This document shows, piece after piece, positions 25,304-37,807 of a DNA stretch of 64,000 nucleotides. The position numbers and the translations under genes are program-made. The notes under the pieces are model-generated. The model made no database searches. It saw nothing but the letters and a program-made list of their open reading frames with translations, and had not been told where the DNA came from. The stretch comes from Eledone cirrhosa (Eukaryota), in assembly GCA_964016885.1 (NCBI GenBank), contig OZ024763.1, forward strand, positions 11,346,001 through 11,410,000, given 5' to 3'. Every line of letters begins with the position of its first letter. The first letter of the stretch is position 1.

Positions 25304-25912
25304 TTGTCAAACATGTCATCAAACATATTGTCAAACATGTCATGAAATATGTGGTCAAAGATGTCGTCAAACATATTGTCAAACATGTCATGAAATATGT
25401 GGTCAAACGTCATCAAAGATGTCGTCAAACATGTCGTGAAATATGTGGTCAAACATGTCATCAAAGATGTCGTCAAACGTCATCAAACATATTGTCAAAC
25501 ATGTCATCAAATATGTGGTCAAATATGTCGTCAAACATGTCAACAAAGATGTCGTCAAACATTGTCAAACATGTCATAAAATATGTGGTCAAATGCGTCA
25601 TCAAACATGTCTTCAAACATATTGTCAAACATGTCACAAAATATGTGGTCAAATGAGTCCTCATACATGTCATCAAACATGTCGTCAAAGATGTCATCAA
25701 ACATATTGTCAAACATGTGATAATATGTGGTCAAATGTGTTGTCAAACATGTCAAATATGTCATCACACAGGTCATCAATCATGTCATCAAACATATAGT
25801 CAAAGATGTCGTAAAACATGTCATCAAATGCAATCAAATGTGTTGCCTAACATGTCGTCAAATGTACTGTCAAACATGTCATCAAACATGTAGTCAAACA
25901 TGCTATCAAACA
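25304..25912. repeat. Degenerate 12/14-bp tandem array (tcaaacatgtca)
   Basis: direct inspection. Confidence 0.88.
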
Positions 25913-26169
25913 GGATTTACTGACCATCAATCTATATATATATAAATATACTGTAAATGAGGTGGGTGTTAGGAAGGGCATCCAGCTGTAGAAATCAAGC
26001 CAGAATCAGTTCCTGTCCCATCCTTGCAAGCAGGGAAAAGCGGACGTAAAATGAAATGATGATGATGAAATGATTTATATCTATATATAAGTGTGCGTGT
26101 GTGTGTGTATATATATATATGTATATATATATGTATGTATATAATCTTCCTCCTCCTATATTTCTACAG

Positions 26170-26284
26170 GGATGTGGAGACCCAAGTAGTGGAGCTCCAA
26201 CAAGTGGTACAGACCGTAACAAACACTACCTCCTGTCAGACGCTAACAACTACCGTTGCAGACACCTCAGAAGCAAGGCACTGA
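26170..26284 (+). CDS. GOLGA3: GOLGA3-like last coding exon (DVETQVVELQQ...EARH*)
   Basis: tttctacag acceptor in phase 2, TGA stop, followed by AT-rich UTR-like sequence. Confidence 0.82.
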
Positions 26285-26856
26285 TGCAAACAACTGCAGC
26301 AACATATTCTTATATTTATATATATATTAATTTGTGATATTAGCTGTACATTCAAGAAACTATCAGTTTCATAGATAATGTTGACAAAGGCATGTACTCT
26401 CCATTACCACAAGTTGTACATGTGTCTTGTCATGGCTAATCATCAATCTTGAATGTTATATTATATTCGGTGCTCAGTGTATGGGATGCACTGTGTACCA
26501 CCAACAGTTCCGGTGATCCTTTATTTTATGATTACAAACCGCCTCCAATCATTTCCATGAGTAAAAATGGCATTTTTGTTTTCTTTAGTATAAATATGAT
26601 TATAATGTATCTGCAAAATATGGATTATTATGAAAGTTATGAAGAAGCAAAGTCAGCTAGGAACATAAACTGCAGTTATGTCAACTTATGTGTTTATTTA
26701 TATGTATATAAACAAAGCAGATGACTTAAGAAGTGGTGGGAAAATTTGAAACTTGAAATATATCTCAGCTCAAATGACTGATTTTCTCAACTACTATTTA
26801 TAGTAATTAAGTATTATTATAGTCATTTGTGTAGGGACATACAAATCTCTGATTTC

Positions 26857-26888
<32 letters not shown>

Positions 26889-26940
26889 TATAAAATTTTG
26901 ACTAATTGTTAATTGGGGATGTGTTTGTATCACACCAATC

Positions 26941-26946
26941 AATAAA
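26941..26946 (+). promoter_or_regulatory. Candidate polyadenylation signal AATAAA (others at 27041 and 27105)
   Basis: Hexamer about 660 nt after the stop codon; which one is used cannot be determined. Confidence 0.3.
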
Positions 26947-27520
26947 TAATGGTGTAATTAGGATCAAGCACTCAAAGTCATATGTATCTTTCCAACTCTG
27001 ATGTATCACATAGGTAGTATAAATATATATATAATTACATAATAAACAACACAACACAATATAATTATTTCAATGAAATAATTATATTGTGCTGTTTATT
27101 ACATAATAAAATAGCTCTGTACAATACATAGAGCACTCTTCTTTCCTTCACCCTTTCCTATGGAAATACTTAATATATATATATATATAGATGTGTTAAG
27201 TATTTCCGTTGAAAAGGTAAAGGAATTATATATATAAATATTAATGATAATTGTGAAGGTCAGATGTAGACATTCATAATTCATTTTATTCAGATTCTGC
27301 CGTAATACATATTTCTGTGGTGTTCATGATTATGTAATGCTGTGATCATGCAACCACCTATACAACTTCATCAGACAGCATCTTAAGTAATAATGTTATG
27401 TAACATTCCTCTTTCAATAGGGGCTCTAGATAAGGGGACAGACTAATACTATGCTTCTTCTTCTGCAATACATAAGCCAACATAACTACAGTTCATGTTT
27501 CCACCTAACTTTCCTTCCTC

Positions 27521-27746
27521 TTAACCATTTATCATTTACATTACTCCATATATACTATTGTATTTTCATGGTAAGGGCTTTACCTCACATAAATATGTCA
27601 CATAATATTAAATCTATGAGATTTTGATATTTATTTTGAGAACAATACCTTAACATCAGTATGAGTGGCCGGTTACAGCAAGTTTGAACAGAAAGAGGTG
27701 ATAGAATTATGGCCGGATATGACTGGTTTACATGTTAAAGGGTTAA
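27521..27746. mobile_element. MITE family A, unexpanded, opposite orientation to the 4767 copy
   Basis: TTAAccatttatcattta...aaagggTTAA. Confidence 0.8.
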
Positions 27747-28437
27747 TAATACATATTTTGCAAAGATACGTTACAATTGTTTATAAATCTTTTTTTTAAA
27801 TGGTCCTTTTTACTTGGGGAAATTACTGGAAGTTGTCTGTGGTTTTAAGATGAAGGATTAGCACCAGTTTCTGCTGGATATCTGGCTTACCTGCTTGTTT
27901 CTTTATAAGTTATTTTGACAACAGTCACAGAAATGAAAGAACAGAAAAATCTAAAAGTCCTTCATTTTTAAAAGTCTTCATTCAGCAAAAAATGAGTGAA
28001 ACAAAAAAGGGAAGAAAATTATTCTTAAAGAACACATATTTTATTTAATTTTTTATTTTATACATTTTTTTTTGTTTTGTTGTTTTGTTGCTTTTGGGGT
28101 TTGTTTGGAAGTGTTGAAGGAATGGGGTTGCAGGTTTAGCAGTTGGGATGTAAGGGGAGTGTTGGTGATGTAGAGCGTTCAATATCTTGGCTAACAACAA
28201 AAATAGTTTGGTTATGTATTTAAATATTTTTTGAAGAGTAACAGTTTTTTCTTTAAACTTTTTCGGTATTATTCAGATGATGATGATGATGATGATGATG
28301 ATGATAAATATATTTATCAATAACGCAGATTAAAAATTTAAGCAAACAATTTCCACTTTCATGCTAAAACAGGATCTTCAGAAGATCCCGTATTAGGGTG
28401 AAAGCTTAAACTTTTAATCTGTGCTAATAATATATAT

Positions 28438-28514
28438 ATCCAAAGAGGACTCAATAAGTGACATATATAAACTCTACGAGTTTATATATGTCACTTATTG
28501 AGTCCTCTTTGGAT
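28438..28514. repeat. Perfect 37-bp-arm hairpin
   Basis: atccaaagaggactcaataagtgacatatataaactc-tac-gagtttatatatgtcacttattgagtcctctttggat. Confidence 0.92.
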
Positions 28515-28566
28515 TTTGGTCTTTGTATTTATTATTACTGCATATCTATCTCTATATATATGTATG

Positions 28567-28619
<53 letters not shown>

Positions 28620-29016
28620 AAGTTGGTATTTATCAAATTTTTATTTGTAAATGAATCTATAATTGACCACTCCCCATCCCCACATCCAACTGAAAATGTG
28701 TATATATCTATATATCTATCTATATATTTATATATCTCTATGTATGTATATATCTGTGTGTCTATATATGTAGTAGTAGTAGTAGTAGTAGTAGTAATAG
28801 TAGTAAGAGGTTGGTATCCAAGGTATAGAGTAACTCAAGTCCATAGGGCAAGTTTGTATATACTTATCATGGTCACTGACAATGGTGCCACCCCAGGTAG
28901 GTAGGTTTCGTTAGTCCTGAGGACCAACTTGTTCAACCTGTGCTCACTAACGAAACATATGTATGACTCTGTTGTTGTAGTAACTGACCTTAATAATTAT
29001 ACATATATATATATAT

Positions 29017-29401
29017 GGAGGCACATGGCTTAGTGGTTAGAGCATTGGGCTTGCAATCGAAAGGTTGTGAGTTCAATTCTCAAACCGGGTGATGTGTTGT
29101 TTCCTTGAGCAAGACACTTCATTTCACATTGCTCCAGTTTACTCAGCTGTAGAAATGAGATGATAGGGACTGCGGACCCTATCATTCCACTGCAACGTGG
29201 TCGTGGAGGTGCCACGGCAAAAAAGCACCCAGCCCACACTGCAAAGTGGTTGTGGAGGTGCCACGGCAAAAAAGCACCCAGCACTCACTGTAAATGAGGT
29301 TGGTGTTAGGAAGGGCATCCAGCTGTAGAAATCAAGCCAGAATCAGTTCCCGTCCCACCTTTGCAAGCAGGGAAAAGCGGATGTAAGATGATGATGATGA
29401 T
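29017..29401 (+). mobile_element. SINE family A, full length
   Basis: A/B boxes, CORE-like domain, internal hairpin atgataggg..ccctatcat, (GAT)n tail, (TA)n flanks. Confidence 0.92.
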
Positions 29402-29687
29402 ATATATACATATATATACATGTAGGCACATGGTCTAATGGTAAGCGTGTTGGACTTACGATCATAAAGTCGTTTGATTCCTGGGTTGCGTGTTGTGTTC
29501 TTGAGCAAAACACTTCATTTCATGATATTCCAGTATACTCAGCTGAAAACGAGTACCAGCAATAGCTGGGGGTTTAACCCTGTGATGGACTGGCATCCTG
29601 TCCAGGAGCAGTCTTGTACTCTCAGCACCGGCCAAATGAGCCTTCTGGCTTAAGACAGACTTTAGATATATAGGGAGAATTATTTAC

Positions 29688-30008
29688 TGTATGCTTTGCA
29701 GCATAGAGTTATGGGCCTTTACATTCTGAGTTTAAATCCCACCGAGGTTAGCTTTGCCTTTCATCCTTACAAGCTTGATAAAATAAAGTACCAGTGATGT
29801 ATTGGGGTCAATGTAATTGATTTTCCCTTCCCTCTAAAATTGTTGGCCTTGTGCCTAAATTAGAAACCATTATTTCCAATCCCACCGAGGTCAACTTTGC
29901 CTTTCATCCTTACTGGGTCGATAAAATAAAGTACCAGTAATGGTATGGGGTCGATAAAATAAAGTACCAGTAATTGCTGGCCTTGTGCCAAAAGTAGAAA
30001 CAATTATT
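29688..30008 (+). mobile_element. Two tandem truncated SINE family B copies
   Basis: ctttgcctttcatccttac occurs twice. Confidence 0.8.
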
Positions 30009-30154
30009 TCCAAGGTACTGGCTTGGTAGGAAGGGAAGAGTTCTACTGTATTCTTCAATACAGGATTCTTTCCTCTCAAGATGAGAGTCAGTTAAACAAC
30101 AACAATAGAAGCCGACATTCTTGTTTGTTGAACAAACTCACACTGATGACTCTG

Positions 30155-30545
30155 GAGGGTTACAGGGTTAATATAGTGTATCAGATACTCTCTGAGGAGT
30201 AGAGGATAATATTCTTTCCAAGGGTTTCCTGTGGTATACTCTACGAGGGTTAAAGGGTTAATACACAGCCTGTGGTATACTCTCCAATGGTTAAACTCTT
30301 AATATACAGCCTGTGGTATACTCTCCTAGGGTTAAACTCTTAATATAGTCTTTGGTATACTCTCCGAGGGTTAAAGGGTTAATACACAGCCTGTGGTATA
30401 CTCTCCAATGGTTAAACTCTTAATATACAGCCTGTGGTATACTCTCCAAGGGTTAAACTCTTAATATAGTCTTTGGTATACTCTCTGAGGGTTAAAGGGT
30501 TAATACACAGCCTGTGGTATACTCATGGAGGAGCTGAGGGTTATA
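30155..30545. repeat. About 40-bp minisatellite with about 120-bp higher-order period
   Basis: gggttaaagggttaatacacagcctgtggtatactctcc and variants. Confidence 0.82.
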
Positions 30546-30983
30546 GATCTGATATATAGCTTCATAGAGGGGGCAGCTAAATGGTGCCCATATAAATTTC
30601 TTTTTCATATATATATATATATATTGTTGTTGTTATTGTTGTTAAAGGATTGAATACCCAAAAGCCATGCTTAAACTGTTATGATAGCAAGTAGTAGGTC
30701 TTACTAGCCTTAACTAGTAACAACTTATCTAGTGTGGAAGATGGACATTAAACGATGATGATATATCTATATTATTATACTTGACCCTCCCAAAGTATAA
30801 CAATATCTGTTTCAACACATGCTTTCAGATAAGAAATCTTGTAAAACAAATTCAAAAACAAAGTATATATATATATATGACCAAAGATTAATATGGTTCA
30901 TTGATTACTCAATGAATATAGATTTACAATAGATTAAAAGCACTCTACAGGGAAGTTTTCTGGAGTTATTATTATTCAGAATT

Positions 30984-31170
30984 AAGGCGGTGGATTGGCA
31001 GTATCGGTAGAGGGTCGGACGCCATGCTTTCCAGCATAGTTACGCCCCTTTACGATCTGAGTTCAAATCCCGCCGAGGTTGACTTTGCCTTTCATCCTTA
31101 CGGGGTCGATAAAATAAAGTACCAGTAATGCACTGGGTAATTGCTGGCCTTGTGCCTAAAGTAGAAACAA
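30984..31170 (+). mobile_element. SINE family B, full length, with target-site duplication
   Basis: ttattattcagaat at 30969-30982 and 31171-31184. Confidence 0.88.
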
Positions 31171-31171
31171 T

Positions 31172-31478
31172 TATTATTCAGAATATTAATAAATGAAGAC
31201 ATTCACATAATCAAAATATGTTTTATTATATATATTTCGAAGGTACTGTGCTGTTTTTTCAGTACGTCCTCGTCAGATAAAATACATGAATTGATGTATG
31301 ACATACCTCAACGGTCTTGAATTGAACCATCAAGACCGTTGAGGTATGTCATACATCAATTCATGTATTTTATCTGATGAGGACATACTGAAAAAACAAC
31401 ACAGTACCTTCGAAATATATATAATAAAACATATTTTGATTATGTGAATGTCTTCATTTATTGATATTCTGAATAATA
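31172..31478. mobile_element. Fold-back element (149-bp arms, 9-nt loop) with a hammerhead motif in each arm
   Basis: Arms 31172-31320 and 31330-31478 are nearly perfect reverse complements. Confidence 0.85.
31368..31429 (+). ncRNA. Minimal type I hammerhead ribozyme motif (mirror copy at 31221-31282 on minus)
   Basis: UUUUAU CUGAUGA [GGACAUACUG..CAGUACCUUC] GAA AUAUAUAU A AUAAAA. Confidence 0.6.
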
Positions 31479-31759
31479 TATATATATATATATATATACA
31501 CCTTCAATTTAATGATCCCTTAATTTTCTGAATGAAAACCAGAAGGGTTGCTACATTTCCTCCCTGCCCCTCATACAAAGGGGTGTATAGGATGTACATT
31601 GCAATCTATAATGAGTGCTACCCCTTTACTTATTGGACTAGTCCACATGTAGCACCTGTATTAACATGTAACACACATGTAGCACATACATTGCTGATAT
31701 GAGGGGTTTTTTATATTCTTTGGTTAAAAATAATGTTTTTGATGCTTCGAGCATTCATG

Positions 31760-33163
31760 GGTGTGTATGTATATGTCTGTGTATGTATGTATATGTCTGT
31801 GTATGTATGTATGTATATGTCTGTGTATGTATGTATGTATGTATATGTCTGTATGTGTGTATGTATATGTATGTGTGTATGTATATGTCTGTGTATGTGT
31901 GTATGTATATGTCTGTCTGTATGTGTATATGTATATGTCTGTATGCGTGTATGTATATGTCTGTATGTGTGTATGTATATGTCTGTATGTGTGTATGTAT
32001 GTCTATGTATGTGTGTATGATATGGGTGTGAATCTATGTGTATATGGGTGTGTATGTATGTGTGTATGATATATACAATATGTATGGTGTATATAATCTA
32101 AAGCAATATGTATGGTGTGTATAATATATAGCAATATATATGTATGTATAATATATAGCAATATATGTGATGTGTATAATATATAGCAATATGTATGGTG
32201 TGTATAATATATAGCAATATGTATGGTGTGTACAATATATAGCAATATGTATGGTGTGTACAATATATAGCAATATGTATGTATGTATAATCTAAAGCAA
32301 TATGTATGGTGTGTATAATATATAGCAATATGTATAATATATAGTAATATGTATGGTGTGTACAATATATAGCAGTATGTATGGTGTGTATAATATATAG
32401 CAATATATGTGATATGTATAATATATAGCAATATATGTGATATGTATAATATATAGTAATATGTGTGATGTGTATAATATATAGCAATATATATGGTGTG
32501 TATAATATATAGCAATATATGTGATGTGTATAATATATAGCAATATGTGTGTATGTATAATATATAGTAATATGTGTGGTGTGTATAATATATAGTAATA
32601 TGTATGTATGTATAATATATAGTAATATGTATGTATGTATGTATAATATATAGTAATATGTATGTATGTATAATATATAGTAATATGTATGTATGTATAA
32701 TATATAGTAATATGTATGTATGTATAATATATAGCAATATGTGTGGTGTGTATAATATATAGTAATATGTGTGGTGTGTATAATATATAGTAATATGTGT
32801 GGTGTGTATAATATATAGCAATATGGGTGGTGTGTATAATATATAGCAATATGTATGTATGTATAATATATAGCAATATGTATGTATGTATAATATATAG
32901 CAATATGTATGTATGTATAATATATAGTAATATATATGGTGTGTATAATATATAGCAATATGTATAGTGTGTATAATATATAGTAATATTTATGGGTGTA
33001 TAATATATAGTAATATTTATGGGTGTATAATATATAGCAATGTATATGTGTGTACAATATATAGCAATATGTATGTGTATAATACATAGTAATATGTATG
33101 TGTATATGTATATATATATACATAGCAGTATGTATGTGTGTATAATATCTAGCAAGATATGTG

Positions 33164-33201
<38 letters not shown>

Positions 33202-33245
33202 CAGTATGTATGTGTGTATAATATCTAGCAAGATATATGTATGTG

Positions 33246-33283
<38 letters not shown>

Positions 33284-33372
33284 CAGTATGTATGTGTATA
33301 ATACATAGCAATATATATATATATATTGCAGTATGTATATGTGTGTATAATATAAAGCAATATGTGTGGTGT
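31760..33372. repeat. (GTAT)n-like microsatellite followed by about 28-bp tataatatatagcaatatgtatggtgtg array
   Basis: direct inspection. Confidence 0.92.
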
Positions 33373-34007
33373 ATAAAGTTTAGGTAGAAATAAATCAGGG
33401 GTTGTCCTTGTGAGTCCTCAAGCTTTATACTCATCATGAGATCCTTTTTGAAGCAATGTTTTACAGCCAGATACCCTTCATGGTAGTAACCCTTGTAGTC
33501 ACCTATTATGTCACAAGGATACAGTGTACCTATTGTAAACAGGGTATACACAGGGATACAGTGTACCTATTGTAAACAGGGTACACACAGTGATGCAGTG
33601 TACCTATTGTAAATTGGATATATACAGGGATATAAAAAGAATGAAAAAACATTTAAAAAAACAACAGCAATGATAAAAACAAATACAAAAATAGCAAATA
33701 AAAAAAGCCCAATGACTTTATCTTAGCACTGTCATATCACTGAAGACTTGGTCTTTGGATTACATATGTGGTCACATTCTTGGCAATATTACAATATCTG
33801 TTTATGAATAAGCCTTCCTGTTTGTAGTGGTGGTGGTGGTGGTGGTGGGATGTAAATATTGGAAAAGAAAACATTTCATGTGAGAGGAGTCACAAGTCAC
33901 AATCTACCTACCAACCAACCCACCAACCCACCAACGACCAGTTAATCCAATCAACTGACCAGTTAATCTAATCAACTGACCAGTCAATTTACCAACACAC
34001 CAACTAT

Positions 34008-34213
34008 TTAACCCTTTAGCATTTACATTACTCTATATTTACTGTTATATTTTCACAGTAAAGGCTTTATGTCACATAATATCGAATCTATGAGATTTTA
34101 ATATTATTCATTTTGAGAATAATACCTCAACATCAGTATGATCAGCCGGTTTGAACAGAAAGAGGTGAGGAAATTCTGACCGGTTATGGCCGGTTTAAAT
34201 TCTGAAGGGTTAA
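34008..34213. mobile_element. MITE family A, unexpanded
   Basis: TTAAccctttagcattta...ttctgaagggTTAA. Confidence 0.82.
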
Positions 34214-35373
34214 AGCAGATAAACACATAAACAACCAACCCACCAACTTACCACTCAACCAGTTTACTAAACTGCCAACCTTCCAGCCACTCAACCACTG
34301 ACCCTACCTACTAAGTAATCTACCAACCACTCAACTAACCCATCAACCTGACTAGGTAATACATTGTGTCCTTGAGCAAGTCACTTTATTTCACATTGCC
34401 CCACTAGCTTTAGCAGGTTGTGGCCTTAACTGTGTCACAAAGTGGACTATAGTCCCATCCAGGGAAGGAAAGTCTTGTCCTCTCAGTCATTGAACATCTA
34501 TAAAAACTGGGGCTAGCTTTAGGTTTCGTCCAACCCATGCTATTATGGTCAACAAATGTAAGAACTGTAACTCTAACTTCTTGAAATTTAATTCTTCTGT
34601 TGTTAAATTTAAATTATACTTGATAAATTAAATTTATCTGTTTAAATTTAGTTCTTCTGTTTGTTAAATTTAGTTCATCAGTTTGAAAAATTTAATTCCT
34701 CTGTTTCATAAATTTAATTCATCAGTTTGTTAAATTCAGTTTTTCACTTGTTTAAATATATTTAAGTTACTAAAATTTAATTTTTTTTTTTTTTCTTTTG
34801 CTGGGGATGGTGAGGTGTGTATGTTGTGGGGGTGGGGATTTGTTTTGTTTAGTTCTGCACCTCACCTCATTACTGTTACACCACACCACTGCCACCACAC
34901 CACTGCCACCACACACACCGCCACCACACACACCGCCACCACACACACCGCCACCACACACACCGCCACCACACCACTGCCACCACACACACCGCCACCA
35001 CACACACCGCCACCACACACACCGCCACCACACACACCGCCACTACACACACCGCCACCACACACACCGCCACACAGTGCTTCTACTGCTGCCACCACCA
35101 CCACCACCACCACTACACTACTACTGTTGGTATTTGAAGCAGTTTAAAACTGAAACACAACACACTCCTTCATTTACAGTTCTACTCCCCCACCCACCCC
35201 TTCTACCCCCCACTGTTCTTACAATCCCCCCTCCCTACTCCACCCTTTTTCCTTGTAAATCCAGCAGTTTCATAATTAATTAATTAAAAGATTATTTATT
35301 TACAGTGTTCTGTGTTAATTATTTTTAATTGAACTTTGTCTCAACTTTGAAATCACATATACATATATAAAAA

Positions 35374-35407
<34 letters not shown>

Positions 35408-35539
35408 TTATTTTGTTGTACAGGTATGAAAAACAGTGGTCGTGTAGGTGTCACAGCAAAAAGCACCCAGCCCACACTGTAAAGTGGTTGTGTATATAGA
35501 TAGATATTTGTATATATATATTTATATACACATGCAGTA

Positions 35540-35635
<96 letters not shown>

Positions 35636-35678
35636 TAGATACTGCATGTGTATATATATATATATATACAAATATCTA

Positions 35679-35712
<34 letters not shown>

Positions 35713-35723
35713 AATATCTATAT

Positions 35724-37466
35724 ATCATCATCATCATCATCATCATCAACGTTTAACGTCCGTGTTCCACGCTTGCATGGGTTTGGACGGGGGTAGTCCC
35801 ACTTGAGGCAAGAGTGATTGTCTTGCTCGCATAGGACTGTCTGGCAGGTTTTCTACAGTTGGATGCCCTTCCTAACACCAACCACATTTACAGTGTGGGT
35901 CTGGGAGGTTTTTACCGTGTTGCCTACACGGCCACATTACAGCGTGGACTGTGTGTTTTTTGTCGTGACACCTACACGATCTCATTTGTTTCGGCCTCGA
36001 TGGCGCGGCACCAACATAACTTTACATAGAACGGGGGTGGTGTGGATCGGGTGGGGGTGGTGGTGGTGGGACGGGGTGTATTTTGTTAGAGATGCCTACT
36101 GGCTGGAGTAGGTTTTACTATATATTTAGGTAAGGCGGGTCTTCTCTGTTACTGAGTACCGCCAAAGGTCTCGGTCCAGTGACATTGTCTTGGAGAGGTG
36201 TAAGTGTGTGATGTCGGAGTTTATCAGCTCGTCCCAGGTTTTTCTAGGTCTGCCTATTCCGTGACTACCGTCTATCTTTATTGCCCTGCACTTTGTTATA
36301 CAGCTATCGACTTTCATGCGCATCACGTGTCCATACCAACGTAGCCTTCTCTCGAGTAAACAACATCTGATCCCTCTTATCTCTAATTTTTTCCTTAGTT
36401 CGTTTATGCTTTGCCGTTCACGTATATTACTGTTACACATCCAGCGGAGCATGCAAGCTTCGTTCCTCTCTAGTCTGCGTATATCCTCTGCACACAATGC
36501 CCAGGTCTCACTGCCATGCAGCATTGCTGTTCGTATGCAGGCATCGTACAACCTGCCTTTCATTTTTAGTGAGAACCCTTTAGCAGCTAATAGTGGTATA
36601 AGCTCTCTGAACTTTTTCCAACCAGTTCTGACTCTAGCTACAGTACTTTCAGAGCACCCTCCCCCACTGCTGATTTTATCGCCCAGGTAACGGAAGCTGT
36701 CCACTATTTCTATAGAACCCTCTGCGCAATTGAAAGAGCTAGTAGTTTGTGGGCACTTGCTGCTACTTATTGCACCAGAGCACCGGCCACATGTAAAATC
36801 TATGTTCTTAGTTAGCTTACCTGTGATCCCACTACATCTTTTATGCACCCATACTTTGCATTTAGGACATAAAATGGAGTTTCTACCTACGCCTTTCCTA
36901 CACACTGAGCACGACCATTTCCCAGAAGGGACCGCCGCCTTGTTTTCTTTCCTACAAACTAGTACTTTGGTCTTAGCCAGGTTAATTTTAAGTCCTTTTG
37001 ACTCTAGGCCGTGCTTCCATGTTTGGAATTTCTTCTCTAGCTCGGCCATTGATTCCGCTATGAGTGTCAGGTCGTCTGCGTATAGGAGTTCCCATGGGCA
37101 GCCTGTCTTGAACTCCTCTGTTATAGCCTGAAGGGCAATAATAAATAGTAGTGGACTGAGAACAGAGCCCTGATGGACGCCAACTTTTACGCTAAACTCT
37201 TCACTATATTCGTTGTTAATTCTAACCTTGCTGACTGTTTCTTTATACATGGCTTGTATAGCCCTCACAAGCCATTCGTCAACGCCTAGTTTTCTAAGAG
37301 CCCACCAGATAATGGAGCGGGGGACTCTGTCGAAGGCTTTCTCCAAGTCGACAAAAGCTAAGTAGAGGGGTTTACCTTTAGCTAGGTACTTCTCCTGTAG
37401 TTGTCGTACTATGAAAAGAGCGTCTGTGGTACTTTTGCCTGACACAAACCCGAACTGCATTTCATC
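35724..37466 (-). mobile_element. 5'-truncated RTE-clade LINE with uninterrupted RT/C-terminal ORF, about 380-nt 3' UTR and (GAT)n tail
   Basis: QFGF, AFVDLEKAFDRV, GVHQGSVLSPLLF, LLYADDL, Cys-rich CSVC..CPKC..HKRC..CGRC, RRLRWYGHV, GRPRKTW. Confidence 0.95.
36126..37466 (-). pseudogene. LINE reverse transcriptase ORF fragment (no endonuclease or start)
   Basis: About 446 stop-free codons; the ORF-track N-terminus is microsatellite. Confidence 0.9.
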
Positions 37467-37552
37467 ATATATATATATATATATATATAGATAGATATTT
37501 GTATATATATATTTATATACACATGCAGTATCTATATCTCTCTCTCTCTCTC

Positions 37553-37589
<37 letters not shown>

Positions 37590-37807
37590 ATACTGCATGT
37601 GAGTTTCAACGAATTTTGAAAATAATTAAGAATTTAGGGAGTCTAGTACTTTCTCATTATCAAGCTGTCTTCCTCCGGGTGCAACGTTTTTTGAAATATC
37701 CACTTCTGCGTTTACAGATTGACTTTGTTAGTTTCAGAAGATCCCGTTAAACGTGAAAGCAGGCTTATAGAATCCCCAATATGTTAGTAGACCTGATATT
37801 ACTGCTC

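Larger units (their letters stand above)
253..26284 (+). other. GOLGA3: Gene model: Golgin subfamily A member 3 (golgin-160)-like, 13 coding exons, about 1600 aa
   Basis: Exons 172/253-406, 1801-1943, 3690-4760, 8268-9302, 11874-12788, 15014-15248, 19319-19533, 20837-21115, 21956-22072, 23083-23208, 23985-24268, 25166-25279 and 26170-26284 all have GT-AG ends and matching phases. They total 4803 nt from ATG 253 to TGA. The protein has an S/T-rich head followed by a long coiled coil. Segments KQWYHEQLQMA..LENIQGDMLERETAFQEIQ, LELEKERGRLTGLQQSNATL and KPLDDLQSCLSSLRAQI resemble vertebrate GOLGA3 as I recall it (no search run). Confidence 0.88.

Noticed and set aside
29017-29092. tRNA gene
   Set aside because: tRNA-derived SINE head that continues into SINE body and tail; many copies in the window.
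30155-30545. Interstitial telomeric GGGTTA repeats
   Set aside because: The motif is gggttaaagggttaa within 40-bp units, better explained as MITE-like termini.
37731-37770. Hammerhead-like GUUU CAGAAGA..GAAAGC
   Set aside because: The core has A in place of U4, stem II is poor and the 3' half is truncated.
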